Shown here piece after piece: positions 20,076 to 29,414 of a stretch of DNA of 64,000 nucleotides (positions within the stretch are counted from its first letter, which is position 1; every line of letters begins with the position of its first letter). The position numbers and the translations under genes were made by a program. Source of the DNA: an uncultured Chloroflexia bacterium (GTDB lineage: Bacteria > Chloroflexota > Limnocylindria > Limnocylindrales > CSP1-4); contig CAWEYL010000001.1 of the NCBI GenBank assembly GCA_963813335.1, positions 992,001 to 1,056,000 of the forward strand. Reading direction: 5' to 3'. A model generated the notes under the pieces. The model saw only the letters and a program-made list of their open reading frames with translations, was not told the origin of the DNA and did no database searches.

Positions 20076-22379
20076 TCAGGGCCGGCGGCGGCGCTCGCGG
20101 CGGCGGAAGGCGAGCTTGAGGAGGCTCACGCGCAGTCGGCGTTCAGCCTCCCGCAAGGTCTGGAGGCGGTCCGACGCGAGCGTGGTCCGACCGTACACGG
20201 TCTCCACCTTGGCCCGCGCGACGGTCTCGAGCTCCGGTCTGGCATCGGGCAGCACCTCGCCGAGCGAGCCGGCGAACTCGTAGACGGTCTGGTTGGGCCG
20301 CGGCGCGAAGCCGAACCGCGATGCCAGCCCGGTCACGGTGCGATAGGCGTGGTCGGCGGTGGTCCCGCGCCGCGGGCCGCGCTGCCAGGTCACGAACCCG
20401 AGCGCGATCATGATCACGGCCAGCAGCGCCGCGATCGCGACGTATGGACCGATGGTGGCGACCGGTCCGCCGTTGCCGAGCCCCGACACGTTCTTGGCCA
20501 GGTCATCCCGGCCGTCCCCGAACGAGGGCGGCGGCAGGAGGGCCGCGGACGGCTTCGCCGACCCGGACGCGACCGGCTTGCCCGAGGGGAGAGGACCGGC
20601 GCGGGCGAGGTCGCCGCCGGTCGGGTCGAACATCACCCAGCCGTAGCCCGGGAAGTAGACCTCCACCCACTCGTGGCTCTGGTTGTTGGTCACCGTCTCC
20701 ACCCCGGTCTTCGAGCGCTCCCCCGGCAGGAAGCCGTTGACGACCCGGGCCGGGATGCCCGACGCGCGCAGGAAGATCGCCATGGTCGTGGCGTAGTACT
20801 GGCAGAACCCGCGGCGGAACCGGGCGAAGCATTCGACCGTGGAGATGTCATTGCACTTGCCGGTGAACAGGTCCTGGATGTTCGACTGGTAGGTGAAGAT
20901 GTCGTGGTTCACCCGGAACCGCGAGGTGAGGTACTGGGCGAAGACGAACGGGTTCATGGACGGCGACGACGCCTTCAGGTTCTTGAGCAGGATCTCGGCG
21001 TCGCCGCCGGCCGGGATCGCGCCGTCGGGCACCTGCGTGTAGATCGCGAGGAGGTCCTTCGGGTAGTCGGTGCCCGCCGCCTCGAGGGCCGCCTGGTTCA
21101 GCTGCCCGGGCTCGTCGCCGAGGACCGGGACGAGGGCGCTCACCGAGTACGCCCCGTCGCCCCGTCGCTGGATGGCGTTGAGGTACGCGCCGTCGCCGAC
21201 CAGGCTCACCGAGGTCTCCTGCGAGACCTGCGTGGGCGTCAATGGGGAGAAGACCAGGTGCCCGGTCCGGCCGGCGGCCGGCGCGACCGTGAAGAGGAGC
21301 TGCTTGCGCCCGGTGTCGAGGACGTCGTCGGTCGAGCCGGCCAGCACCGGGTCGCCGGCGGCACGCACCACGCTCTGGTTCGCCGAGCTCTTCCACGAGT
21401 GGCCCGTGAACTGGTCATAGACGACCGCCCCCCAGTAGATGTCCTTGGGGGCGTCCGGCGGCAGGGTGATGGTCATCTCCTCGGCCTTCGTCGGGTTCCA
21501 CTGGCCGCCGATGCTCGTCCCGGACGGGTCGAAGTCGGCCCCGAACGAGACCGTGTTCCCGCCGGTCGGCAGGAACTTCTGCCAGGCGCGGCCGAACTCG
21601 ACCAGCGACGAGCCGACACCCGTCCAGGCGTCCTGCAGCGGGGCCGACGACGCCGTCCCGGTCAGGAGCAGGGACCCGAAGACCGCGCCGACGATGAAGA
21701 CCGTCCCGCCGCGCAGGTAGACGCTCGAGATCGAGCCGGGGTCGCCGATCCGCCGGCGCAGCCACTCGCCCTGTTCCTCGAGCACGTGGGAGCGGATCAG
21801 CAGGAACAGTGACGCGACGCTGAAGACCACCAGGTAGCGCAGCTGGTCCTCGACCGCGATCGACATGTTCACCAGCAGGACCAGCCCGAGGGCGACGATC
21901 GCGTTGAGCGGGTGGTGGTGCCCGAAGACGGCGTACGACGCGAACATCGAGGTGGCCCACACGATGAGCCCGAGGACCACCAGGTAGTGCCCGTACTGGG
22001 TCGTGTACGGCAGGTCCCTGACGACGAGGTCGATGACGGCCTGGGTCGCGGACCCCGCGGCCGCCCCATACCAGTGGGCCATCGGGATGGCGTCGCCGGC
22101 GTCGGTCCGCAGGAGGGAGCCGGCGACCAGCGGCACGATCAGGGCCGCGAAGAGCGCCCCGATCGCGAAGGTCGTCCAGCGGCTCCAGCCCACCTTCGGC
22201 CCGACGAGCCCGACGAGCATGCCGGCCAGCGCCATGGGCATCAGGAAATCGGTCAGCCCGCCCTGGCCCAGCACGAGCTTCACGTCGTCGATCGCCCAGG
22301 TGACCGTCACGCACAGGAGCGCGACGAGCGCGACCGTGATCCAGCCCTCCGCTGGCGCGAGCGCGATCCGCCGGCTCAT
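20076..22379 (-). CDS. Membrane transglutaminase-like protein (TgpA/DUF4129 type)
   Basis: Multi-TM N-terminus, catalytic GFCQYYATTMA...SHEWVEVYFPGYGWVMFDPT, C-terminal TM plus DUF4129-like tail. Confidence 0.9.
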   Translation of the reverse strand: MSRRIALAPAEGWITVALVALLCVTVTWAIDDVKLVLGQGGLTDFLMPMALAGMLVGLVGPKVGWSRWTTFAIGALFAALIVPLVAGSLLRTDAGDAIPMAHWYGAAAGSATQAVIDLVVRDLPYTTQYGHYLVVLGLIVWATSMFASYAVFGHHHPLNAIVALGLVLLVNMSIAVEDQLRYLVVFSVASLFLLIRSHVLEEQGEWLRRRIGDPGSISSVYLRGGTVFIVGAVFGSLLLTGTASSAPLQDAWTGVGSSLVEFGRAWQKFLPTGGNTVSFGADFDPSGTSIGGQWNPTKAEEMTITLPPDAPKDIYWGAVVYDQFTGHSWKSSANQSVVRAAGDPVLAGSTDDVLDTGRKQLLFTVAPAAGRTGHLVFSPLTPTQVSQETSVSLVGDGAYLNAIQRRGDGAYSVSALVPVLGDEPGQLNQAALEAAGTDYPKDLLAIYTQVPDGAIPAGGDAEILLKNLKASSPSMNPFVFAQYLTSRFRVNHDIFTYQSNIQDLFTGKCNDISTVECFARFRRGFCQYYATTMAIFLRASGIPARVVNGFLPGERSKTGVETVTNNQSHEWVEVYFPGYGWVMFDPTGGDLARAGPLPSGKPVASGSAKPSAALLPPPSFGDGRDDLAKNVSGLGNGGPVATIGPYVAIAALLAVIMIALGFVTWQRGPRRGTTADHAYRTVTGLASRFGFAPRPNQTVYEFAGSLGEVLPDARPELETVARAKVETVYGRTTLASDRLQTLREAERRLRVSLLKLAFRRRERRRRP

Positions 22380-23629
22380 CGGGCCAGGATCTCGCCGAGC
22401 GGGCGGCCCGGGGTCACGACGTAGAACGGGATCTCGTACTCCGCGAGGGCGTGGCGGAGCGCGCGCGAGCGCTTCGAGCGCGCCTCGTCCTCGGCCGGGT
22501 CCGCCTTGGCGTGGACGCCGCGGGCGGCATCCTCCGCGTGCATCGCCCGATCGAACGCCTCGCTGTCGACGGCGACGACGACGCAGGCCACGCCGCGGAC
22601 GCGGAGGCTGGCAAGTGGCCGGACCCACGACGGGTCGAGCGACGGCGTCACGACGACCGCGGTCATCCCGCGGCGCAGCCGCCCGACGGTGCCGATCAGC
22701 GTCTCGACGAGCGGGGCGCTCCCGTCCGCCTCGACCGCGGCCAGGAGCTGCATGATCTTCTGGTGCTGCCGGCCGCCGCGGTCGGCCGGGATCACCGCCG
22801 TGCGCGCCCCGTTGACGCTGATGCCGACGGCCCGGTTCTCGGCGATGGCCTTGTCCGCCACGGCGGCGGCCACCCGGACCGCGGCCTCGGTCGTGGACTC
22901 GTCGCCGCGGCCGCCGCCGATCCCGCGCTGCAGGTCGAGGACGATCCACGCATCGGCGGTCTGCTCGAGGTCGAATTCCTTGACCTGGATCTCGCCGTGC
23001 CGGGCGGTCGCCTTCCACGAGATCCGGTTCATGCTGTCGCCGGGCGCGTACGGCCGGACCGAGGTCGCGAGCGGCGTCGTCTGGAGGGTGCGCTCCGGCG
23101 AGGCGTGGCTCCCCTCGAGGCTGGCGGCCGGCAGCCGCCATTCGGGGATCGGTTCGAGGCGCGGGTAGATGACGACCGAGACGCCCTGCCCGACGGTCGC
23201 GGCGGCCTCGAAGAATCCGAACGGGTCGCCGGTCCGGATGTGCAACGGCTCGATCCGGAAGTGGCCGCGCCGGGTGAGCGGCGCCCGGATCAGCCACGAC
23301 CGCTCGCTCCGGCCCGGCAGCGTGATCGCCCGGCCGGGGAGTGCGCCGGGGAGCGTCGTCGGGTTGTGGATCTCGAGCCACGGCTTCGGCAGCCGGCTCC
23401 CGTTGCGCAGCGTGTACGTCACGCGCAGCCGGTCGCCCACGTGGCCGTGCAGCTGGCTGACCGCATAGCCGGCCTCGAGGTCGGTCAGGCCCAGCCGGAC
23501 GAGGACATACGAGCCGCCGACGACCAGGATGCCGAGGTAGAGCAGGTAGAAGAGGAACGGCAGCCCGGTCGAGAACGCCGCGATCACCAGGACCGCGACG
23601 ACGACGATCGCCTCGATTCGGCGGATCAC
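22376..23629 (-). CDS. DUF58 domain protein
   Basis: VRPYAPGDSMNRISWKATAR...VKEF motif; lies between MoxR and the transglutaminase. Confidence 0.92.
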   Translation of the reverse strand: MIRRIEAIVVVAVLVIAAFSTGLPFLFYLLYLGILVVGGSYVLVRLGLTDLEAGYAVSQLHGHVGDRLRVTYTLRNGSRLPKPWLEIHNPTTLPGALPGRAITLPGRSERSWLIRAPLTRRGHFRIEPLHIRTGDPFGFFEAAATVGQGVSVVIYPRLEPIPEWRLPAASLEGSHASPERTLQTTPLATSVRPYAPGDSMNRISWKATARHGEIQVKEFDLEQTADAWIVLDLQRGIGGGRGDESTTEAAVRVAAAVADKAIAENRAVGISVNGARTAVIPADRGGRQHQKIMQLLAAVEADGSAPLVETLIGTVGRLRRGMTAVVVTPSLDPSWVRPLASLRVRGVACVVVAVDSEAFDRAMHAEDAARGVHAKADPAEDEARSKRSRALRHALAEYEIPFYVVTPGRPLGEILAR

Positions 23630-23671
23630 CTGACGGGTCCTGCGCGCTGCATCCGCTCGGCCGGGGCCGGC

Positions 23672-24679
23672 CTACGCGCCGGGGACGGCGGGGCTGCCGC
23701 TGGTGCTGCGAAGGGCGGTCGGTCCGCCGGTGCCCGTCGGGCGGATGCCCTCGATCGAGGTCGAGTCGAGCAGCTCGCGGACGATCTGACCGGCCTGGAC
23801 GTCGTGGATCGAGGAGCTGGTCTTGATGATCAGGCGGTGGGCCAGCGCCGGCTCCACGAGGGCCTTGATGTCATCGGGGATGACGTAGTCGCGCCCGAGC
23901 AGCCCGGCCATCGCCTGGCCGGCCCGATAGAGCGCGATCGAGCCGCGCGGCGAGGCGCCGAGGTAGACGTCCGGGTGGGTCCGGGTCGCGTTGACCAGGC
24001 GGACGATGTAGTCCGAGACGCTCGGGTCGACGTAGATCTCGCGCACCGCCGCCTGCATCTCGCGCAGCTCGTCGACCGTCAGGACCTCGTCGAGCGCCTC
24101 GAGCGGGTGCGTCCGCTTCTGCTCGTCGAGGATGACGATCTCCTCGATCGGCTGGGGGTAGCCGAGGCGCAGCCGGATCATGAACCGGTCGAGCTGCGCC
24201 TCCGGCAGCGCGAACGTGCCCTCGTACTCGATGGGGTTCTGGGTGGCGATGACCAGGAACGGGTCTGGCATGGGATAGGTGACGCCGTCGATCGTGGCCT
24301 GCCGCTCCTCCATGCACTCCAGGAGCGCGGACTGCGTCTTGGGCGTAGCGCGGTTGATCTCGTCGGCGAGGACGACCTGGCTCATGATCGGGCCCGGGCG
24401 GAACTCGAACTCCTGGGTCTTCTGGTTGTAGATCGACAGGCCGGAGACGTCGGACGGCAGCAGGTCCGGGGTGAACTGGATCCGCCGGAACGAGCAGCCC
24501 AGGCTGCGGGCGATGGCCTTGGCGAGGACCGTCTTGCCGGTCCCGGGCACGTCCTCGATCAGGAGGTGGCCCTTGCACAGCAGGGCAACGAGGGCCAGGC
24601 GGACCTCGTGGTGTTTGCCGACGATCACGCGCTCGACGTTGGCGAGGACCTTGTCGCCGGTCTCCTGGATCTTCGTCAT
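23672..24679 (-). CDS. moxR: MoxR family AAA+ ATPase
   Basis: [37 protein letters not shown] and LPEAQLDRF motifs. Confidence 0.95.
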   Translation of the reverse strand: MTKIQETGDKVLANVERVIVGKHHEVRLALVALLCKGHLLIEDVPGTGKTVLAKAIARSLGCSFRRIQFTPDLLPSDVSGLSIYNQKTQEFEFRPGPIMSQVVLADEINRATPKTQSALLECMEERQATIDGVTYPMPDPFLVIATQNPIEYEGTFALPEAQLDRFMIRLRLGYPQPIEEIVILDEQKRTHPLEALDEVLTVDELREMQAAVREIYVDPSVSDYIVRLVNATRTHPDVYLGASPRGSIALYRAGQAMAGLLGRDYVIPDDIKALVEPALAHRLIIKTSSSIHDVQAGQIVRELLDSTSIEGIRPTGTGGPTALRSTSGSPAVPGA

Positions 24680-24865
24680 CAGCTTCTCTCACGAGTGCGG
24701 TGGCGGGGACGGAGCCACGGAACGGGGGCGCCTGGGGGGTTCGACGAGCCACGGCAGGGCCATGTGCTGTCGGAGGATAGTACGTCCGATGTCACGCGCC
24801 GGTTCCACACCCGCTCCTCCCTCATCAGGTACTGACGCTCCGGGCCGCCGATTCGTTCACGCTTC

Positions 24866-25084
24866 CTAGCCTCGGACCACCGTGACGACGCCGACCCAGA
24901 CGGTCATCAGGCAGCCGATCGCCCCCATGACGGCGAGGAACGGCTCGCCGCCGACCCACGAGAGCGCGGCGACCGCACCGAACATCACGGCCATCGCGGC
25001 GGCGATGATGCCGAGGCCGATGCGCTCGATGAGCGGCCGCCGCCGGGGCTCGGGCCCGGGCGGGTCGCCAGCCGGATGGCTCAC
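24866..25084 (-). CDS. Small two-TM membrane protein
   Basis: GTG overlaps the pbpA stop; ...IERIGLGIIAAAMAVMFGAVA...FLAVMGAIGCLMTVWVG. Confidence 0.7.
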   Translation of the reverse strand: MSHPAGDPPGPEPRRRPLIERIGLGIIAAAMAVMFGAVAALSWVGGEPFLAVMGAIGCLMTVWVGVVTVVRG

Positions 25085-26580
25085 GGCGTCCCCCGCAGGT
25101 AGCGCGTCAGCAGGGTGCCGGCGATCGGCGCGGCCGCCTCGCCACCCCGTCCCCCTTGCTCGACCAGCACGGCGATCGCCACGGTCGGGTGCTCCGCGGG
25201 GGCGAACCCGATGAACCACGAGTGGGGCTCCCCCGTCCCGCCGAGCTCGGCGGTGCCGGACTTCCCGGCCGTGGTCACGCCCGGCACCTTCGCCCCGCTG
25301 GTGAACTGCCGTCCGAGGTCGCCCTCCACCGCGGCGACCATCGCGTCGGTGATGGCGTTCGCGTCGGCGGCGTCGATGACCGTCGCCATCCGGCTCGGGC
25401 CGATCTGCCGGGTCCCGCTGCGCTGGCCGGTCATCGCGGTGACCAGGCGCGGCTCCATCAGCACGCCGTCGTTGGCCACCGTGGCGGCCACGAGCGCCAT
25501 CTGCAGCGGCGTGACGAAGGTCTCCGCCTGGCCGTAGGCGGCGTTCGCCAGCTCGACGTCGTCGGCGAAGCCTCCGGGCTGCCGGCCGCTGCCGTCGTTG
25601 AGCTGCGAGACCGCCGTCGGCAGGTCGAACGGGATCGGCCGGTCGAAGCCCATCAGGTCGGCGTACCTGACGAGATCGGCGCCGCCGGTCGCGAGGCCGG
25701 TCAGCGCGTACCAGATGTTGCAGGAGACCTCGGTCGCGCCGACCAGGTCGAGCGCCGTCGAACCGGTCTCTGGGTGGTGGCCGTCCTTGATCCGGAAGCC
25801 GTCCACCAGCAGCCCGGTCTTCTCGGCCGCCGGCTGCTGCTTGTACGTGGTCGACGCGCTCACCGCTCCGGAGCCCAGGCCGGCGACCGCCGTCACGATC
25901 TTGAAGATCGAGCCGGGCACGTAGCGACCCTGCGTCGCGCGCGGCAGGAGCGGCTGGCTCGGGTCATCGAGGATGCCCTCGAAGGTCGCCTGGGCCGTCG
26001 CCGGGTCAGCCACCGCGGAGGCATCGAAGGTGGGGGTCGACGCGAGCGCGAGGACTTCGCCGGTCCGTGGGTCGAGCATCACGACGGCGCCCTTGTTCGA
26101 GCCGAGGGCCCGGACCGCCGCGCGCTGGAGGTCGAGGGAGAGCGACAGCTTCAGGTCCTGCGGGTCGTAGGGATCGGCCATGAACTTGCGGAAGACATCG
26201 CTGACGGCGTCGGTGGACAGCCCGGCGAGCTCGGCGTCGTAGCTGCGCTCCAGGCCGGCCCGCCCGTACCGCCGCGACGCGTAGCCGACGACGGGGCTGA
26301 TGGCGTCGCCCGCGTAGACGCGGTACAGCTCGCCGTTCGCGTCGGTCGCGTTCCGGGCCAGCACCTTGCCATCGCGGTCGAGGATCCGGCCCCGCGGGAC
26401 CGTCCGCGACGCGGCGATGACGGCCGCGTCCGATGGGGCGCGCGCCAGCTCGGGCCCGCGCACGACCCCCCAGTAGCCGGCGGCTCCGGCCAGCGTCCCG
26501 AACGCGAGCGACAGCACGACCGCCACGTGGACGATCGTGCGCCCGAGCGGGTGGCGGGTCCCGCCGGAGGTCCGGGTCAC
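25081..26580 (-). CDS. pbpA: Class B penicillin-binding protein (PbpA-like)
   Basis: SIFK (SxxK), SCN (SxN) and KSGT motifs; N-terminal TM. Confidence 0.93.
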   Translation of the reverse strand: MTRTSGGTRHPLGRTIVHVAVVLSLAFGTLAGAAGYWGVVRGPELARAPSDAAVIAASRTVPRGRILDRDGKVLARNATDANGELYRVYAGDAISPVVGYASRRYGRAGLERSYDAELAGLSTDAVSDVFRKFMADPYDPQDLKLSLSLDLQRAAVRALGSNKGAVVMLDPRTGEVLALASTPTFDASAVADPATAQATFEGILDDPSQPLLPRATQGRYVPGSIFKIVTAVAGLGSGAVSASTTYKQQPAAEKTGLLVDGFRIKDGHHPETGSTALDLVGATEVSCNIWYALTGLATGGADLVRYADLMGFDRPIPFDLPTAVSQLNDGSGRQPGGFADDVELANAAYGQAETFVTPLQMALVAATVANDGVLMEPRLVTAMTGQRSGTRQIGPSRMATVIDAADANAITDAMVAAVEGDLGRQFTSGAKVPGVTTAGKSGTAELGGTGEPHSWFIGFAPAEHPTVAIAVLVEQGGRGGEAAAPIAGTLLTRYLRGTP

Positions 26581-28013
26581 GCGCCGCGCCTCGGGACCAG
26601 GCGACGCCAGCCGCGCGGCGCCGTGGGAAGCGGTGGGGGCTCCACGCCCTTGTCGGAGAGCGCGAGCAGCAGCCCGATGACCACGGCGTTCGCCAGCAGC
26701 GAGGAACCGCCGTAGCTGATGAACGGCAGGGTGACGCCGGTGAGCGGCAGGACCTTCAGGTTGCCGGCCGCGATGATGAACGCCTGGATGCCGATCACCA
26801 GCGAGAGCCCGACGGCCAGGAGCGAGCGGAAGTCGTCGGCGGCGGCCGCGCCGATCCGGAACCCGCGCTCGACGACCACGAGGTAGAGGCCCAGGATCGC
26901 GACCACGCCCATGACCCCGAGCTCCTCGCCGAGGGCGGCGAGGGGGAAGTCCGTGTGGATCTCGGGGATCGGCGGCGCACCGTCGATCGTCGGCAGCCCG
27001 GCGCCCAGGCCGACGCCGACCAGGCCGCCGCGGGCGAAGGCATGGAGCGCCTGGACCACCTGGTAGCCGGTGCCGAGCGGGTCGGCGAAGGGGTCGACCC
27101 AGACGGCGATGCGCACCCGGACGTGGTCGAACAGGAGCGCCATCAGCAGGCTGCCGAGGATGAACAGGACGAAGCCGATCACGACCAGGCTGACCCGGCC
27201 CGTCGCCACGTACACGAGCGCGAGGAACACGCCGAAGAAGAGCAGCGCCGCGCCCAGGTCACGCTGGACGACCACGATGCCGAGGGCGATCGCCCACATC
27301 GCGACCATCGGGAGCAGGTACGGGACCGGCGGCAGGCGGACCGGGCCGATCCGGGTGTCCTGCTCCATGAGGAGGGCACGGTTCTCCGACAGGTAGCCCG
27401 CGAGGAAGACCACCAGGATCACCTTCAGGATCTCCGATGGCTGGCCGCTGAACGGTCCGATCGACAGCGTCAGCCGCGAGCCGTTGACATCCGAGCCGAA
27501 GAGGAAGGTGAGCAGCAGCAGGCCGACGCCGATCGCCGCCCACGTGTACTTGTAGCGGCGCAGCCACGCGTCGGAGCGGACGACGATCGCCAGAGTGGTC
27601 AGGATCGAGACCGCGAGGACGAGCCAGACCAGCTGGACCTGGGCGAGCCCCAGCGTCATGCCGAAGACGTCCTGGGTCACCAGGTCCTGCGGCAGCCGCT
27701 GCATCAGGAGCAACGAGATCCCGCCGAGCAGCCCGACGACCGGCAGCAGGATCTGGTCCGTCCGACGTCCCGCCAGCACCTGGGCCAGGTGCGCGCCGAG
27801 CAGCGCCACGAGATAGATGACGAGACCGCGCGGGTCGGCCAGACCGAGCGTCCCGTCGATCGTCGTGCCGAGCGAGAGGCTGCCCACGACGAGCGCGACG
27901 CCGACCAGGGCCAGCAGGCGAGCCTCCTGCCAGCGCCATCGCGGCCGGATCGGCCCGAGGACGCGCGGCAGGGCGGGCGCCGGACGGACGGCGCCGCTGG
28001 GGCCCGCGGTCAT
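26577..28013 (-). CDS. rodA: SEDS family glycosyltransferase RodA/FtsW
   Basis: QPSEILK, QRDLGAALLFF, PEIHTDF and PLTGVTLPFISYGGSS motifs. Confidence 0.93.
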   Translation of the reverse strand: MTAGPSGAVRPAPALPRVLGPIRPRWRWQEARLLALVGVALVVGSLSLGTTIDGTLGLADPRGLVIYLVALLGAHLAQVLAGRRTDQILLPVVGLLGGISLLLMQRLPQDLVTQDVFGMTLGLAQVQLVWLVLAVSILTTLAIVVRSDAWLRRYKYTWAAIGVGLLLLTFLFGSDVNGSRLTLSIGPFSGQPSEILKVILVVFLAGYLSENRALLMEQDTRIGPVRLPPVPYLLPMVAMWAIALGIVVVQRDLGAALLFFGVFLALVYVATGRVSLVVIGFVLFILGSLLMALLFDHVRVRIAVWVDPFADPLGTGYQVVQALHAFARGGLVGVGLGAGLPTIDGAPPIPEIHTDFPLAALGEELGVMGVVAILGLYLVVVERGFRIGAAAADDFRSLLAVGLSLVIGIQAFIIAAGNLKVLPLTGVTLPFISYGGSSLLANAVVIGLLLALSDKGVEPPPLPTAPRGWRRLVPRRGA

Positions 28014-28026
28014 CGCCGCCGTCCCA

Positions 28027-28464
28027 TCAGCGGCGCGGCCGCTCGAGCCGCATCCGGACCTGGCCCACCTGGATCTCATCGCCGAAGCCGAGCGCGGCGA
28101 CGCCCTCGATCCGGTGGCCGTTCACGTAGGTGCCGTTGGTGCTGGCGAGGTCCTCGACGTACCAGGCCCGGCCGCGGTAGGTCAGGATCGCGTGCTCCGC
28201 GGAGGCGAACGGGTCCTCGATGACGATGGCGTTGTTGACGTCTCGTCCCATCGTCGTGATCGCATCGAGCCCGAAAGACGACCCGCTCGGCGGCTCTCCC
28301 GCCGGCGAGGCGACGATGACGAGCCGGCCCGCCACGGCGGCGCCTTCCCGCGTGGCCGCGCGCAGGTCGCGCAGCAGGACCAGGACGACCCGTGCCAGGA
28401 AGAGGTAGAGGAGGCCGAGGAAGAGGAAGCGGATCGCCCAGAGGACCAGCAGCGAGCCGTCCAT
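28027..28464 (-). CDS. fhaB: TM plus FHA domain protein (FhaB/FipA-like)
   Basis: N-terminal TM; GR...DPFASAEHA...DLASTNGTYVNG FHA motif. Confidence 0.88.
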   Translation of the reverse strand: MDGSLLVLWAIRFLFLGLLYLFLARVVLVLLRDLRAATREGAAVAGRLVIVASPAGEPPSGSSFGLDAITTMGRDVNNAIVIEDPFASAEHAILTYRGRAWYVEDLASTNGTYVNGHRIEGVAALGFGDEIQVGQVRMRLERPRR

Positions 28465-29240
28465 CAGGCCTGTGCCTCGTCCACCTCGACCTCGAGCACG
28501 CACCCGCCGATGCGGATCCGGTCGCCCGCACCCAGGACCACCTCCGTCACCCGTGTCCCGTTGACCTCGCTGCCGTTGGTGCTCCCGAGATCCGAGTACA
28601 TCAGCGTCCCGCGCCGGCCGCCGATCCGCCCGTGATGGCGCGAGACCCGCTCGTCGCGCAGGACCAGATCGTTGTCGGTGGCGCGCCCGATGGTCAGCCC
28701 GGTCCAGATCTCGACCTGGCGGATCCCGCCCGACGAGTCATGGACGCGCAGCCGTGCCGCGGGGATCGACGGCCGCGGCACCTGGAAGACGAGCGTGTGG
28801 GTCGGGTCCGCGGTCGCGTCCCCGGAGGTCGCTCGATCGGCGTCCCGGGGCGCGCCGGATCGCCCCGCGATGGGGTCGACGAACCTTGCATCGACGCGGA
28901 TGTCGCTGCGCTCGACCGTCGGGTCGGCGAGCAGGTCGACCTGTGGCCGGTCGACGAGGGTGTAGTGGTGCGCCCGGGCGAAGACGAGCGCCTCGTCGGC
29001 GAGCTCGGCCGCCAGCGAGTGCTCCATGTCCGCGAATCCCTCGAGATCGACCGGGTTCAGGCGAACGATGAACCGGTTGGGAACCAGCGTGCGGTCGGAC
29101 GCGGCGAGCCGCTCGGCTTCCATCGCCCGCTCGATCCGACGCTGCAGTTGCACGGGCTGCATCCGGGTGCGGAACAGACGAGCCGACGGGCGCTCGAAGA
29201 GGCGTTCGAAGAACCGCTCGATGGCGGTCAGCGGCGGCAT
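28464..29240 (-). CDS. fhaA: DUF3662 plus FHA domain protein (FhaA-like)
   Basis: ERFFERLFE...QPVQ...VPNRF N-terminus; IGR...VSRHHG...DLGSTNGS FHA motif. Confidence 0.88.
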   Translation of the reverse strand: MPPLTAIERFFERLFERPSARLFRTRMQPVQLQRRIERAMEAERLAASDRTLVPNRFIVRLNPVDLEGFADMEHSLAAELADEALVFARAHHYTLVDRPQVDLLADPTVERSDIRVDARFVDPIAGRSGAPRDADRATSGDATADPTHTLVFQVPRPSIPAARLRVHDSSGGIRQVEIWTGLTIGRATDNDLVLRDERVSRHHGRIGGRRGTLMYSDLGSTNGSEVNGTRVTEVVLGAGDRIRIGGCVLEVEVDEAQA

Positions 29241-29414
29241 GGGTGGTGGCGGAGTCTATCAGAGGCCCGGCGCGACGCCCCTCTCGCGTCCGGGACCATC
29301 GCCGCAGGACCCGGTACCCCCGTGTGAGGAACGGCCGGACCCCTCCGATATACTCTGGCCTCCGTTCGGGGTCGTCGGTCCGCCCCGGCGTTCTCCACGC
29401 GAACCGGGGGCCCG

